Notes under the pieces: model-generated | The model's input: the letters and a program-made list of their open reading frames with translations, nothing else | What the model was told of the DNA's origin: nothing | The model's database searches: none | Program-made: the position numbers and the translations under genes | DNA from: Paragordius varius | Taxonomy: Eukaryota; Animalia; Nematomorpha | Assembly (NCBI GenBank): GCA_964247055.1 | Contig: OZ176050.1 | Span: forward strand, 6,200,001 to 6,264,000 | Reading direction: 5' to 3' | Length of the DNA: 64,000 bases | Part shown: positions 1 to 12,030 of the stretch, piece after piece | How the letters are laid out: every line of letters starts with the position of its first letter | How positions within the stretch are numbered: position 1 is the stretch's first letter

Positions 1-621
1 ACATAATATATCAGATTTAAGGCATGGCAATTGGTCGGTCAATAATAACTGATGTAATCGCTTTTAAATGCAATCATTATTTAAAAAATATGTTGTAACT
101 GTTATTAGCTCTAATAGTGCAAAATATTTTATAACGACTATATGAATATTCACAGTATTTATATTAAATGTAATAAAAATTTTTATTATTTTATAATTAA
201 TTTTTATCACTTGATAAACATATTTTAGAAAATTTAGATTATTAATTTTTAAGCGGTACCCATATCGAACATTATATTTATAACCGAGACCGAAACTTTA
301 TCAAAACTTAAAGCATATCGTACTTGCAATATGGCTTTTTTATTTAAAATATTTGATTTCAGTGCGCTATTTTGGCTTATCAACTGATATAATTTAGAAT
401 CTTTTTCAATGGCATTCGGCATTGTTGTATCTTGCTGAGAAAATAATCTGTATTAATTAATATATTGAATTTAATCTAAATTAACAAATAATAGGATGCA
501 AATAAATGGATAAAAAACACCTATAAAAGTATAACAGTAAAGCGCTAGTAGTAGGCATCCAATTTAAGATATCAGCTGTAACTTTGATAAAAATTAAAAA
601 CGAATTGCCAAAGGGGCTCAA

Positions 622-1160
622 TACTTCGATTCAAATTGGGGTATCTAAATGACATTAATTAAGTTGATTTTTCCAAAAAACTACTGAAGAAACGGTTAAA
701 TTTATGCTTCTATCCGAATGAAAATTATATAAATAAGCCAAAATATTTAAATTAAATTTAGTGAAAAAATGTTACGTATCAAACTACTTGGACGCCATTT
801 TTATTTTATAACATTTTAGCTGTTTATTTCATTCTGAGTCTAAAATTTAGTGTACTTATTTATTATAATCATATTTGACCTTGATATAAATAGAAAAATT
901 GGTATATCTTGCATCGTTTTTATATTTAGCTTATGCACACATGTGTGGCTAAATTTATACCTTTGGGTTTCACCTGTGAATAAGTAATAACTTTTGAATG
1001 AATTCATTTATATTTCGGTTCATTAATGTAATATAAGTGCAAACTTTTGCCATGGTTACAATTTATTCCATATTTTTTGAATTAACTTTAAACAAGCCTG
1101 GGATATCTAACTACCCCAATTTAAATCGAGGGACTGAAATGTATGTGTTGTATCCAAGTG
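622..1160 (+). mobile_element. TTAA-target (piggyBac-type) MITE, copy 1 (most degenerate)
   Basis: Similar along its length to 6860-7426, 11064-11626 and 53938-54514. Left end tacttcgattcaa, right end ttgtatccaagtg followed by TTAA (1161-1164); left target reads tcaa. Confidence 0.75.
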
Positions 1161-1827
1161 TTAAAGTAAAAATTCCTGATTAAGTGATAATAAATAATAG
1201 AAAAATGGCAAGGATTAAGTTTAACGCAATAAATTTTTACCATTATTTTATCATTTAACAAAACGGTTTTAACGTGAAAAATATCAAAAAAAAACTTTCC
1301 CACATTTAAGCGATAATGTAAGACGTCATTTCGAGGTTTTGCCCTTACAAGTAACAAACAATAATGTTATTTTCAATTTATACCACAATACAAAACATTT
1401 GGTTAGAAAAAAAGCGTTACTCAAATTTGTTTTTGTTGTAAAGTGTGGCGCATCCTTCTACAACCGTTTTGTCTTTATATTTATACACGCTGCCATAACC
1501 GTAAAAAGATGAACCGTCTTCCAAACAAGAATCATACATTTTCTCATCCACTTCTTGCAAACATATTACATCAGCTTCGTAACCTATATATCATAAAAAA
1601 GTTGTTTGTAATTCGGATTTTATTTTTTTAAAAAATCCAAAATATATGTTTATTTACTGATAATTTCATGAAAGATAATGTTAGAACGGTATTCATATTT
1701 CAAGTCACCCTTTGGGCAATAGGGGAATAGGTGATTTTTGGAATAATCAGATTTAGCGTAAAGATCGGCCAAAATGTTATACGAACAAAACCTATAACTA
1801 TACAATGACTATTATTAAAGAAACCTA

Positions 1828-2972
1828 CTAAGGCTTTTCTGTCCTTGACGTGATGGCATTTAGCCTTGTTTGTAAAAGGGTTTGGGGTGGTTGGCTTAGA
1901 ACCTTTGAAGATTTTAAGAATTTAGAAGGTCCTCGCACGCCCTTATGGTAAGGGATGCAAAGTAAACCAATTGAGGACTCAATATCTTTTTCGGACGGTT
2001 TGTATATAAATGAGTGTGACATAACTTGCCAACCTGTTAAATCAACTTCATTAAAAGTCACATCATCTTTATCATATTGATTGTATTCATTTGGGCTTTC
2101 TATATTTTCTTTGTACCAATGACATTCCATGCTTACATCATCAACATTGACCGTAACATGGGGAAAAAATGGAATATTAACCATGGGAATTTTCGGTAAT
2201 TTAATTGTCTCAATCAAGGGCGGGTCTCTTATAATTTTGTACGATTTATCGTTAACGTGAAAAAAGGAATTGTCGTCGGAAATCAAATCCCAAATTTCAA
2301 ATTCTTTAAAATGCCCTTTAATTTTATCAGAGCTGCAATATACTTGCAAATCTAAAGGAGATATAGAAGGATTAAGCATTTTTTCGGATTTTTCCAACAA
2401 ATTTTGTACGATCGATGATTTAATTTTCTGAATAGTTAATTCCAAATTTTCATTTTTATATCGAATAAAATTAAACACTTTATTTTTTATTTTAAAGTAT
2501 TTGTCTGAATAAAAAAGAGATATTCTACAATGATCTTGGATAGAATTACAAAAACAAGGGTATATTACTTTCGGCAACATAGGTATAAAACGCATGTGGT
2601 AAAAACAAAAAATGTGGAAATTATGTTTTAATATTTTTAGACTTTCAGAGTGGTACTCATCAAATTTGACGGGCCAAATAAAATTAAATTTTTTAAGAGG
2701 CAAATATATTACAGGAAATATCATCAAGGTGTAGCAGACCCACGTCGCCTTCCACAAAAGACTTCCCTAGCTGCCCTTCTATACACCAATGAATGGTGGT
2801 TCAGTGACAGCCGTTTAGTTGCGTCAGGGTCAGTTTGGCACGCTATCCGTGGATTGCGGTTTAAATACCACTCTTTTAGATGCACAGGTATTAGGTGTTT
2901 TGCCTTAAACTTGTACTTGTGAAAAAGCTTTAAATCTTTTTTAAAATATACGAATTCATTGCATAACAGCAT
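1828..2972 (-). CDS. Hypothetical protein. An 82-aa ATG ORF (2972-2724) overlaps a 309-aa ORF (2757-1828) in another frame; probably one gene joined by an unresolved intron or frameshift.
   Basis: A 930-bp stop-free frame is unlikely by chance in DNA this AT-rich, and its composition looks globular. No family motif recognised. Confidence 0.5.
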
Positions 2973-3139
2973 TATATGGGTAGATTTAGAAGAAGTATAT
3001 TTATTGCGCTCGAATTATAGAAATATAAACAGTGTAAAATGATGATATATATAAATTATTATAGAAAAATATATCAGGAATATAATTTACTTTTAGATTA
3101 GGGGAATACAAGTGGTATATGGAAGTTATTTACACTTTT

Positions 3140-3990
3140 GTAGGTAATGCATATCAGAAAATGGCAAAACTTGAGCTCAATTTTTTTAAAAAAATTTTGG
3201 ATGAATAAATGCTTTCCAAAAACTATCATAAATACATATAAAAAGAAACAATATTCTTATATTATTTTAATTTTTAGATGTGGGCGCCGAAAGTCACAAA
3301 TTTTTTGATCTTCTAAAGCGATAAGATATTTAAATTTATTTTAGATTTTGACATAAAAAAAATAAAAAAAAATTAATTTTAGCAAAGATTTATTGAAGCA
3401 TACTTCATCCTCTTTAGGGATGATGAAAACTATAAAACGCTAGATATTATAAAAACACTTTTATATAATTTGATGATGCTGAACATTTCTATCACCTCAG
3501 AATGTTGTTTAAATATTCGTTCATCCTCAATTTTATGCCAAATGTAAATTGTGTATTTTTTCTATTTAACCAAACTTGGAAAGTAAACGAACCTTTAAAT
3601 TAAAATTCTGAAGCGCTAGAAATGTTGAGTTTTCGTTTTCACCATATTTTGAAGCGTTTTACTGTTTTTACAATAGTCGGAAGCAAGCTTCAACAAAAAT
3701 TTGTTAAAAATTGAATTTTCTAAACGTATGCATTTTTTAAAACATATTTTATGTCAATTTAGCATATATTTTAAAAAATTTTTGCGAGTTCCGGTTGCGT
3801 TCCTTTTAAAAGAACTAACACATTTAGTAACAGCAAAAAAATATTGGACTTTCGGCCCACATCTAATAATTGATATATTATGAAATTGATATATGTTAGT
3901 GGTGTTTTCTGAAATGAAACTATTAGCTTTCATCAAAAATATTTATTACAAAAAATGTGGTCAAATTTTGCCATTTTATGATATGGAGCA
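3140..3990. repeat. Degenerate inverted-repeat (foldback-like) element of a dispersed family
   Basis: ~3140-3295 (...ttagatgtgggcgccgaaagtc) is roughly the reverse complement of ~3847-3990 (gactttcggcccacatctaa...). Related sequence occurs at ~58380-58720 (gactttcggagcccacatctaa) and ~12060-12330. Ends and TSD not resolved. Confidence 0.5.
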
Positions 3991-4495
3991 CTTAGCACAA
4001 AAGTGTTAATAACTTTCTTATATCATTCGGAAGCAAAAGCAGCATGTTAATCCTGATACTTTTTTCACAGAATATATTTACTTCATATTTTTTCATGACC
4101 ACCGATTTTCATTGTGTATATAGATAATCATAAAAATTATCTATTGCTGTTAAAAAGTTTCTATATTAAACCATTAAGTTTTATTTAAAATTTTCGATTT
4201 AATAATTTAAAAGTTTTAGCTTTCTGAAAAAATTTGGGTCTAATCAAATTTGAAAATGGTGATCTTCGCGAGTTGTGAATTTAAAAAAGTCCCTCATCTC
4301 CCGCGCTTAATAGGGCTAAATAATCCCCAAATTTTGAGACTGAAAGCCCTTTTTCAAAAATCTTCAAATCTTTCAAAATAAATTATACGACGATATTACA
4401 GAGCAACTTTCCAGCTATCTACCCTTACGCGTCTAAATTGGTTTTTTGACCACATGCTTTGCATAGGTTTTATCGAAAAGGTGTATACTCAAAAT

Positions 4496-5163
4496 TAGGG
4501 TTGCCGGGTCATGACCAGGTCAGTGACTACTTATTTTTTGACCACGGTCATTTCAAAAACAGCTCTTTTTTGAAAATTGTTAGTAAATTTTTTTGGAAGA
4601 AAAATAGTAGGATTTTATTGTCTTTTAATATATTTTTTTAAAAATATAAATTAAATATTTAAATATGCTTATTTAACAATATATTAAAAATTGTTAAACA
4701 TGCATCCTTATAACAGCTTCAAAACAATCAAGCACTTTGCAAAATATGCAATTAATCCATATATGTAAATCAACAAAATGAAAAAAACATTTTATAATTG
4801 GATATTTCATAGATGAAAGAAAGTTGAAAACAAACAAGGTAAAATTGAAATATCCAGTATTAAAAGCTATGTATTTGAAGATTTAGAATGCGACAAACAT
4901 GTGGCAAAATTTATTTGAAAACAATATTTTTGGTTAAATTTGATTGAAAATATTTGTAACTAATTAATTTCAAAAAATGTATAATATAATCTTTTAAGAA
5001 AAAACATGACTATAAGTGAAACGCAAGTGTCGCACGAACATTATTTTCACAATCCAATATCGCATGATATTTAAGTAAAAAGTGCTTATGACCGTGGTCA
5101 TGACCATGGACTGTCTGGGTCTGACCCGACTTTTTTGAAAAAGTAGTCAAATGCACAACCCTA
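4496..5163. mobile_element. hAT-type non-autonomous element (MITE)
   Basis: Terminal inverted repeats TAGGGTTG...CAACCCTA, subterminal gaccacggtca/tgaccgtggtc motifs, and a perfect 8-bp TSD CTCAAAAT (4488-4495 and 5164-5171). Confidence 0.85.
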
Positions 5164-5254
5164 CTCAAAATACATATTGAATTTTATTTTTTAAAGATGC
5201 GGTCAAAGTGAGAGAACCATTTTTGATTTGGACTCTGAGTAATGCCCTAGTTGT

Positions 5255-5900
5255 TTAAAAATGGTATTTTGATTGTTAAAAATACGCATACTTAAAAATA
5301 TTTTATGCTGAGAAGTAGCGTATCATTGTTGAAAAAAGCCATACTTGATTATTTAAATTTTAATATTGAAAAAACAAATTGGGTAAAATATCGCTATTTG
5401 ATTGGGAAAAATATTTTGATTGTTAAAAAAAACAAACACTTGATTGGGTAGAAAATATTTACACTTTATTGGATAGAATATTTAATGGTGGAAAATATCC
5501 ACCTTAATTGGGTAAATATTTTTATTAAAAATATCCACACTTGACTGGGTAAAATATTTTGATTGATAAAAACAGCCACACCTGATTGGGTAAAATAGTA
5601 TTGTTGAATACCCACACTTGATTGGGTAAAGTATTTATTAATCCACACTTGATCGGGTAAAATATTTTGATTGTTGAGAAGTAGCGATTTATTGTTGAAA
5701 ATTCCCATATTTGATTGTTTTAAATATTTTGATTATTGAAAATGTCCACATGGGTAAAATATTTCGATTGTTTAAAATACCCACACTTGTTTGGATAAAA
5801 TATTTTAATTTTTAAGAAGTAGCGATGATTGTTCAAAATTCGCATATTCGATTGTGTTAAATTATTTTATTGTTGAAAATACCCACATTTGATTGGGTAA
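5255..5900. repeat. Degenerate 30-40-bp minisatellite (consensus ~CCACACTTGATTGGGTAAAATATTTTGATTGTTGAAAATA), left block
   Basis: Many copies of cacacttgattgggtaaa with a recurring gagaagtagcgat variant; resumes at ~10805. Confidence 0.85.
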
Positions 5901-5904
5901 CGTA

Positions 5905-6855
5905 TTTATTTATTATTGCAATAATAATTTAGCTAAAATTGAATAAATTTATTTGGGTGAATTTTGGATTACTACAAGTAATCTTTGTCAAACGTAGAAA
6001 ATGAATTAAAATATAAACCAAAGATTCAAGTATAAATTTAAAATATTTAATAATGTTATTAAGAAAAAAAATTGTAATGTTATTTACTTTGTTAAGATTT
6101 TTCTTTCTGTTCATTATATTTTGTTCTTTGTTTATATAAAAACTTTCCTTCAAAATTACTTTTCTTCTATTTTCTTCTTTATCGACAACTTCGGCATCCC
6201 AGTTTATTTTTTGTTTGCATTTAAAGGCATGATATGCCAAAGCCGAATCATTTGTTTTATTCTTGTTAAATGCACTTTTATGTTCTTTTATCCGAACATC
6301 TAGTCCTCTTTTTGTTTGTATGAATACACTGTCGCAGCTTGACATTTTATTTTATATATCACATATTGAGAACTAGGATAATTTTTCTATAAATTTAATG
6401 ATTTTAGATATTATTTAATTTAAATATTACTGTGTATTTTGTCTTAAGTATTTTTTTGATTTTATGACATAAGGATTCATAGAATGGTATTACAATTCTC
6501 TTTTTATGTTATCATTATGAATTCTTTTAGGTTTTGAGTTTAAAATTTTGTTGATGGCGTTATTGATTAGGTAATTATGTTCCAATATTTTTTTTCTATT
6601 TCTGATGTTTGTGAGGTTCTTTTATCTATACTGTTAGGAATTAGTAATGTTCGACGTAATAAACTATGCACAAGAGAGTTAAAAACAAATACCCGGGTGG
6701 TGTGAATTATAGTTTAATATAGTTATATCTGGTTTGTAATACACTTCAGTGGATATTTTGTTATTGTTTTTTTCTATTAATACATCCAAAAATGTAATTT
6801 TAGTGTTATTTTCTTTCTAAATGGACTTGTGTAATAAAATGTTTTTAGTAGTTGT
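5905..6855 (-). mobile_element. Decayed Penelope-like element, 3' part (RT C-terminus and GIY-YIG endonuclease)
   Basis: ORF 5929-6345 (CDSVFIQTKRGLDVRIKEHK...SALAYHAFKCKQKINW...KESFYI) matches the endonuclease at 63200-63539. 6600-6830 translates to ITFLDVLIEK...EVYYKPD...YNSHHP, matching IPFLDILV...VYYKSD...YTSHHP. Confidence 0.9.
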
Positions 6856-6859
6856 TTAA

Positions 6860-7426
6860 CACTTGGATACAACACATTCATTTCAGTCCTTCAAATTGCG
6901 GTATTAGATACCCCAGGCCTGTTAAAATTAAATATATCAAAAAATATGGAATGAATTGAAACCATCGCAAAAATGTGCCTTATATAACATTAATGAACCG
7001 AAATATATAAAAAAGTTCATTCCAAAATACTTGATATAACTTATTTTAAGGTAAAATCTCAATAAAAATTTAGTCAACATGACATGTGTGCATTTGCTAA
7101 ATATAAAAATAATACCAAATAAACCACTTTTTCTGTTTCATCAATGTTAAATGTGAGTTAAATGAAAAATTAGCTTTAATTTTAGCTTTAAAATTAAATA
7201 AACATGATATTTTGCAAAAATGTTGCAAAATAAAATGGCGTGGAAGTATTTTGAGATGGAACTTTTTTTCAAAACTATATTTTATTTAAATATTTCGGCT
7301 TATTTATATAATTTTTATTAGGATAGAAGCATATTTTTAAATTGGGACCGTTTCTTTCAGTGGTTTTTAAAAATATCAACTTAAAAATAGTCTGGGTATT
7401 TAGATACCCCAATTTGAATCAAAGCG
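6860..7426 (-). mobile_element. TTAA-target (piggyBac-type) MITE, copy 2, inserted in the Penelope RT
   Basis: TTAA on both sides (6856-6859, 7427-7430); termini CACTTGGATACAA...TTGAATCAAAGCG. Confidence 0.85.
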
Positions 7427-7430
7427 TTAA

Positions 7431-7663
7431 TATTTTTCTCGCTATCGATGCAGATTATATCATCTACATATTTGTAGTAAAAGTAAACCTCTTTTTGTTG
7501 TTCGCTTTGGATTCAAAAGGGGGATCCCATAGGTACTCCATTTTTTTCATGATATATTGTGTCATAAAATTTAACATATGTATTGAAATTATTGGGATTG
7601 ATTTATATAAGGACACGATGTCCAAACTACACATAATTTTATCTGTAGCATTTTTATCTCTAA
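7431..7663 (-). mobile_element. Decayed Penelope-like element, RT core fragment
   Basis: Minus strand gives MCSLDIVSLY...GVPMGSPF...YFYYKYVDDIICID with internal deletions; same motifs as the intact element. Confidence 0.9.
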
Positions 7664-10595
7664 CTAGCGTGAATCTCGTGCTGCTACGCAGCCCGAGGAA
7701 GTCCTTCGGACTTCTGGGGGGAGGGAGGGGGGTTCGAAGTTTGCATTTGAATGGGTCTACCGGTTTTCCTGTAGATCACAAAGCCAACATTTTCCATTTT
7801 TATAAATATATAGATTACCATAAATAATGTTTTAATATCCATATATCTTTTAACATGCTATACATATGATAGATACTCCTTACTCAGCAGCTATCATCAA
7901 AGAAACGCCTGACTAAAATTTTTGCCTTTTAACAGGCATTACGAATTCTCGAATTTTTACGGTCTCATACCTAGGGCGAAAAATCGATTTAAAAAATTAT
8001 TTTTGTGGACTTTGTTTTTTAAAAAAGGTGGCATTTCACGGGGGGAGCGGGTAAAAAGAGGGCCTAAATCAAAAAAGTGGCTCGGCTATGTTCGGCGCAA
8101 TCGAAAATAAGTAAACAAAAATCATATTTAAAATTGAATGGTCCAACACGTTCTCCGGAAAATTGTGTCAAAAACACGATTTTGTGGACCTCTGTTTTTA
8201 AAAAAAACCCGTTTTTCATACGGGGTGGGCCCGAACTGGGGGTCTATTTCAAAAAAAGGGCGAAGCTATTGTCGGGACATTTATTAATGATTATATTTTT
8301 TCGATATTTGGATTTGATTGGGTCTACCGGTTTTCCTGTACCAGATCACAAAGCCAGCATTTTCCATTTTTATAAATATATAGATGAGGTTAAATAATGT
8401 ATTAATATCCATACATCTTTTAACATGCTGTGCATATGATAGATACTCCTTACTCAGCATCTATCATCAAAGAAACGCTTGACTAAAATTTTTGCCTTTT
8501 AACAGGCAATACGTGGAATCTTTATTGAATTTTTACGGTCTCATACCTAGGGCGAAAAATCGATTTAAAAAATTATTTTTGTGGACTTTGTTTTTTGAAA
8601 AAGGTGGCATTTCACGGGGGGAGCGGGTAAAAAGAGGGCCTAAATCAAAAAAGTGGCTCGGCTATGTTCGGCGCAATCGAAAATAAGTAAACAAAAATCA
8701 TATTTAAAATTGAATGGTCCAACACGTTCTCCGGAAAATTGTCTCAAAAACACGATTTTGTGGACTTCTGTTTTTAAAAAAAACCCGTTTTTCATACGGG
8801 GTGGGCCCGAACTGGGGGTCTATTTCAAAAAAAGGGCGAAGCTATTGTCGGGACATTTATTAATGATTATATTTTTTCGATATTTGGATTTGATTGGGTC
8901 TACCGGTTTTCCTGTACCAGATCACAAAGCCAGCATTTTCCATTTTTATAAATATATAGATGAGGTTAAATAATGTATTAATATCCATACATCTTTTAAC
9001 ATGCTGTGCATATGATAGATACTCCTTACTCAGCATCTATCATCAAAGAAACGCTTGACTAAAATTTTTGCCTTTTAACAGGCAATACGTGGAATCTTTA
9101 TTGAATTTTTACGGTCTCATACCTAGGGCGAAAAATCGATTTAAAAAATTATATTTGTGGACTTTGTTTTTTGAAAAAGGTGGCATTTCACGGGGGGAGC
9201 GGGTAAAAAGAGGGCCTAAATCAAAAAAGTGGCTCGGCTATGTTCGGCGCAATCGAAAATAAGTAAACAAAAATCATATTTAAAATTGAATGGTCCAACA
9301 CGTTCTCCGGAAAATTGTCTCAAAAACACGATTTTGTGGACTTCTGTTTTCAAAAAAAACCCGTTTTTCATACGGGGTGGGCCCGAACTGGGGGCCTATT
9401 TCAAAAAAAGGGCGAAGCTATTGTCAGGACATTTATTAATGATTATATTTTTTCGATATTTGGATTTGATTGGGTCTACCGGTTTTCCTGTACCAGATCA
9501 CAAAGCCAGCATTTTCCATTTTTATAAATATATAGATGAGGATAAATAATGTATTAATATCCATACATCTTTTAACATGCTGTGCATATGATAGATACTC
9601 CTTACTCAGCATCTATCATCAAAGAAACGCTTGACTAAAATTTTTGCCTTTTAACAGGCAATACGAAAAATTTTTGCTCGAATTTTTACAGTCTCATACC
9701 GTGGACAAAAAAATACAATCAAAAAAATATTTTTGTGGACTTTGTTTTTTTTTGAAAAAAATGGCATTTTACGGGGGTAGCGGGTAAAAAGAGGGCCTAA
9801 ATCAAAAAAGTGACTCGACCATGTTCAGCGCGATCAAAAATAAGTAAACAAAAATCATATTTGAAATTGAATGGTCCAACACGTTCTCCAAAAAATTAAC
9901 TTAACCCATTTTTCACACGGGGTGGGCCCAAACTGGGGACCTAATTCCAAAAAAGGGCGAAGCTATTGTCGGGGCATTCATTAATGATTAAATTTTTTCG
10001 ATGTTTGGATTTGATTGGGTTCACCGGTTTTCCGGAAACAGATCACAAAGTTATATGAAAAATCAGTTTTTAGCGGGTAGCTCCTTACCCAGCAGCTATC
10101 ATCAAATAAACGGTAGACTAAAATTTTTGCCCTTTAACAGGCAATACGTGGAATCTTTATTGAATTTTTACGGTCTCATACCTAGGGCGAAAAATCGATT
10201 TAGAAAATTATTTTTGTGGACTTTGTTTTTTGAAAAAGGTGGCATTTTACGGGGGGAGCGGGTAAAAAGAGGGCCTAAATCAAAAAAGTGGCTCGGCTAT
10301 GTTCGGCGCAATCGAAAATAAGTAAACAAAAATCATATTTGAAATTGAATGGTCCAACACGTTCTCCGGAAAATTGTCTCAAAAACACGATTTTGTGGAC
10401 TTCTGTTTTCAAAAAAAACCCGTTTTTCATACGGGGTGGGCCCGAACTGGGGGCCTATTTCAAAAAAAGGGCGAAGCTATTGTCGGGACATTTATTAATG
10501 ATTATATTTTTTCGATATTTGGATTTGATTGGGTCTACCGGTTTTCCTGTACCAGATCACAAAGCCAGCATTTTCCATTTTTATAAATATATAGA
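7664..10595 (-). mobile_element. Non-autonomous Helitron containing ~5 tandem ~576-bp monomers
   Basis: Minus strand begins TCTATATATT after an A (10596) and ends CTAG before a T (7663), with no TSD. Subterminal hairpin CTCGGGCTGC-GTA-GCAGCACGAG (7675-7697) plus a second GAAGTCC/GGACTTC hairpin. Removing it rejoins the Penelope RT frame. Confidence 0.88.
7815..10595. repeat. Tandem array of ~570-576-bp units inside the Helitron
   Basis: The motif agatcacaaagcc...tataaatatataga ends at 7814, 8384, 8960, 9536 and 10595. Units 8385-8960 and 8961-9536 are nearly identical; the unit at ~9537-10050 is diverged and shortened. Confidence 0.95.
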
Positions 10596-10800
10596 TTATT
10601 CAGTTAGATCATAACAGTTTTTATATTATATTTATAATATTCTAGTAACGGTGAAAATAATTGGGTTAAATATTTACATATTTTGAATGTAGGTGTACTT
10701 CTAAAATTCGTTATAGGTCTTAAAAGTATATTTACTTTGTGTAATTTAGGTTGGCCGTAAAAAATAAGACAGTTTGAATCTTTAGGTTTACAGAGCAAAA
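10596..10800 (-). mobile_element. Decayed Penelope-like element, 5'-truncated RT N-terminal fragment
   Basis: ORF 10604-10798 (CKPKDSNCLIFYGQPKLHKVNILLRPITNFRSTPTFKICKYLTQLFSPLL) matches CKPHNSQCPTFHGLPKLHKNNIPLRPITNFKKSPTFNICKHLAQIFSPLL of the intact element. Confidence 0.9.
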
Positions 10801-10804
10801 TTTA

Positions 10805-12030
10805 CACACTTGATTGGGTAAAGTATGTATTTTTATATTGTTAAGAAGTAGCAATTTATTGTTAAAAATTCCCATAAATATTTTGATTGTTGAAAATGCC
10901 CAACATTTGATGGGTAAAATTATTTTGATTGTTAAAAATACCCATACTTGACTGGATAAAGTATTTTTTTTTATTTATAATATCCACAGTTGATTGGGTA
11001 AAATATTTTTATTGCTGAGAAGTAGCGATTGATTATTGAACCCCCCATATTTGATTGTGTAAACACTTCGATTCAAATTGGGGTACCAAAATACCCCAGA
11101 CCAAATTTAAGTTATTTTTAAAAACTACTGAAGGAAACGGTCTCAATTTAAATTAATGCTTCTATCCTAATAAATATGCCAAAATATGTAAATAAAATTT
11201 TGTTTTGAAAAAAAACTTCCATGTCAAACTACTTCGCATTTTTATTTTACAAAATTTTTGCAAAATATCGTCTTATTTTAATTTTAAGGTTAAAATTAAA
11301 GCTAATTTTTTATTTAATTTACATCTAACATTGATAGAAATAGAAAAAAGGGTTTATTTTTTATTATCTTTCAATTTTACTATTGCGCACATGTCACGTT
11401 AAATAAATTTTTACCTTTCGGTTTTAGCTTAAAAAAAGTAATATCAAGTATTTTTAAATAAAATTTTTTATATATTTCGGTTTATTAATGTTATATAAGT
11501 GCAAAATTTTGCCATGGTTTCTATTCCTTTCCATATTTCTTAAAGAATTTATTTTTAAACAGGCCTGGGGTATTTAACTACCCGATGTAAATCGAAGGAT
11601 TAAAATGAATGTGTTGTATCCAAGTGTTAAATTATTTTATTGTTGAAAAATCCACACTTGATTGGGTAAATAATTTTATTATGGAAAATATCCAAACTTG
11701 ATTGGGTAAAGTTTTTTTATTATTGCTAATACCCACACTTGATTGGGTAAAATATTTTGCTTGTTGCAAATACCCACATATGATTGGGTAAAATATTTCT
11801 ATTATTGAAAATACCCACACCTGATTGGGTAAAATATTTTCATTTTGAAAATATCCACACTTGATTGGGTAAAATATTTTGATTGAGAAGTTGCGATAGA
11901 TTGTTATTACTCATACTTGAATTGGTTGAATGTTTTAATAGCTTTTAAGTCGCAATTGATAGTTGAAAATTTTCACACTTGATTAAATAAATATATATAT
12001 TTTCAAATATACCAACACTTGATTGGGTGG
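10805..12030. repeat. 30-40-bp minisatellite, right block (interrupted by MITE copy 3)
   Basis: Same cacacttgattgggtaaa unit as 5255-5900. Confidence 0.85.
11064..11626 (+). mobile_element. TTAA-target (piggyBac-type) MITE, copy 3
   Basis: Termini CACTTCGATTCAA...TTGTATCCAAGTG, flanked by taaa/ttaa. A paralogous empty site gattgtg-TTAA-attatttt is present at 5850-5868. Confidence 0.88.

Noticed and set aside
7922-10614. Repeated 62-108-aa ORFs (MARLCSAQ..., MPFNRQ...) in the ORF track
   Set aside because: They are translations of the Helitron tandem monomers, in overlapping frames with non-ATG starts and no protein motifs.
5255-12030. CRISPR-like look of the conserved core with variable linkers
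   Set aside because: Eukaryotic context, linkers are related to each other and of uneven length, and there are no cas genes.
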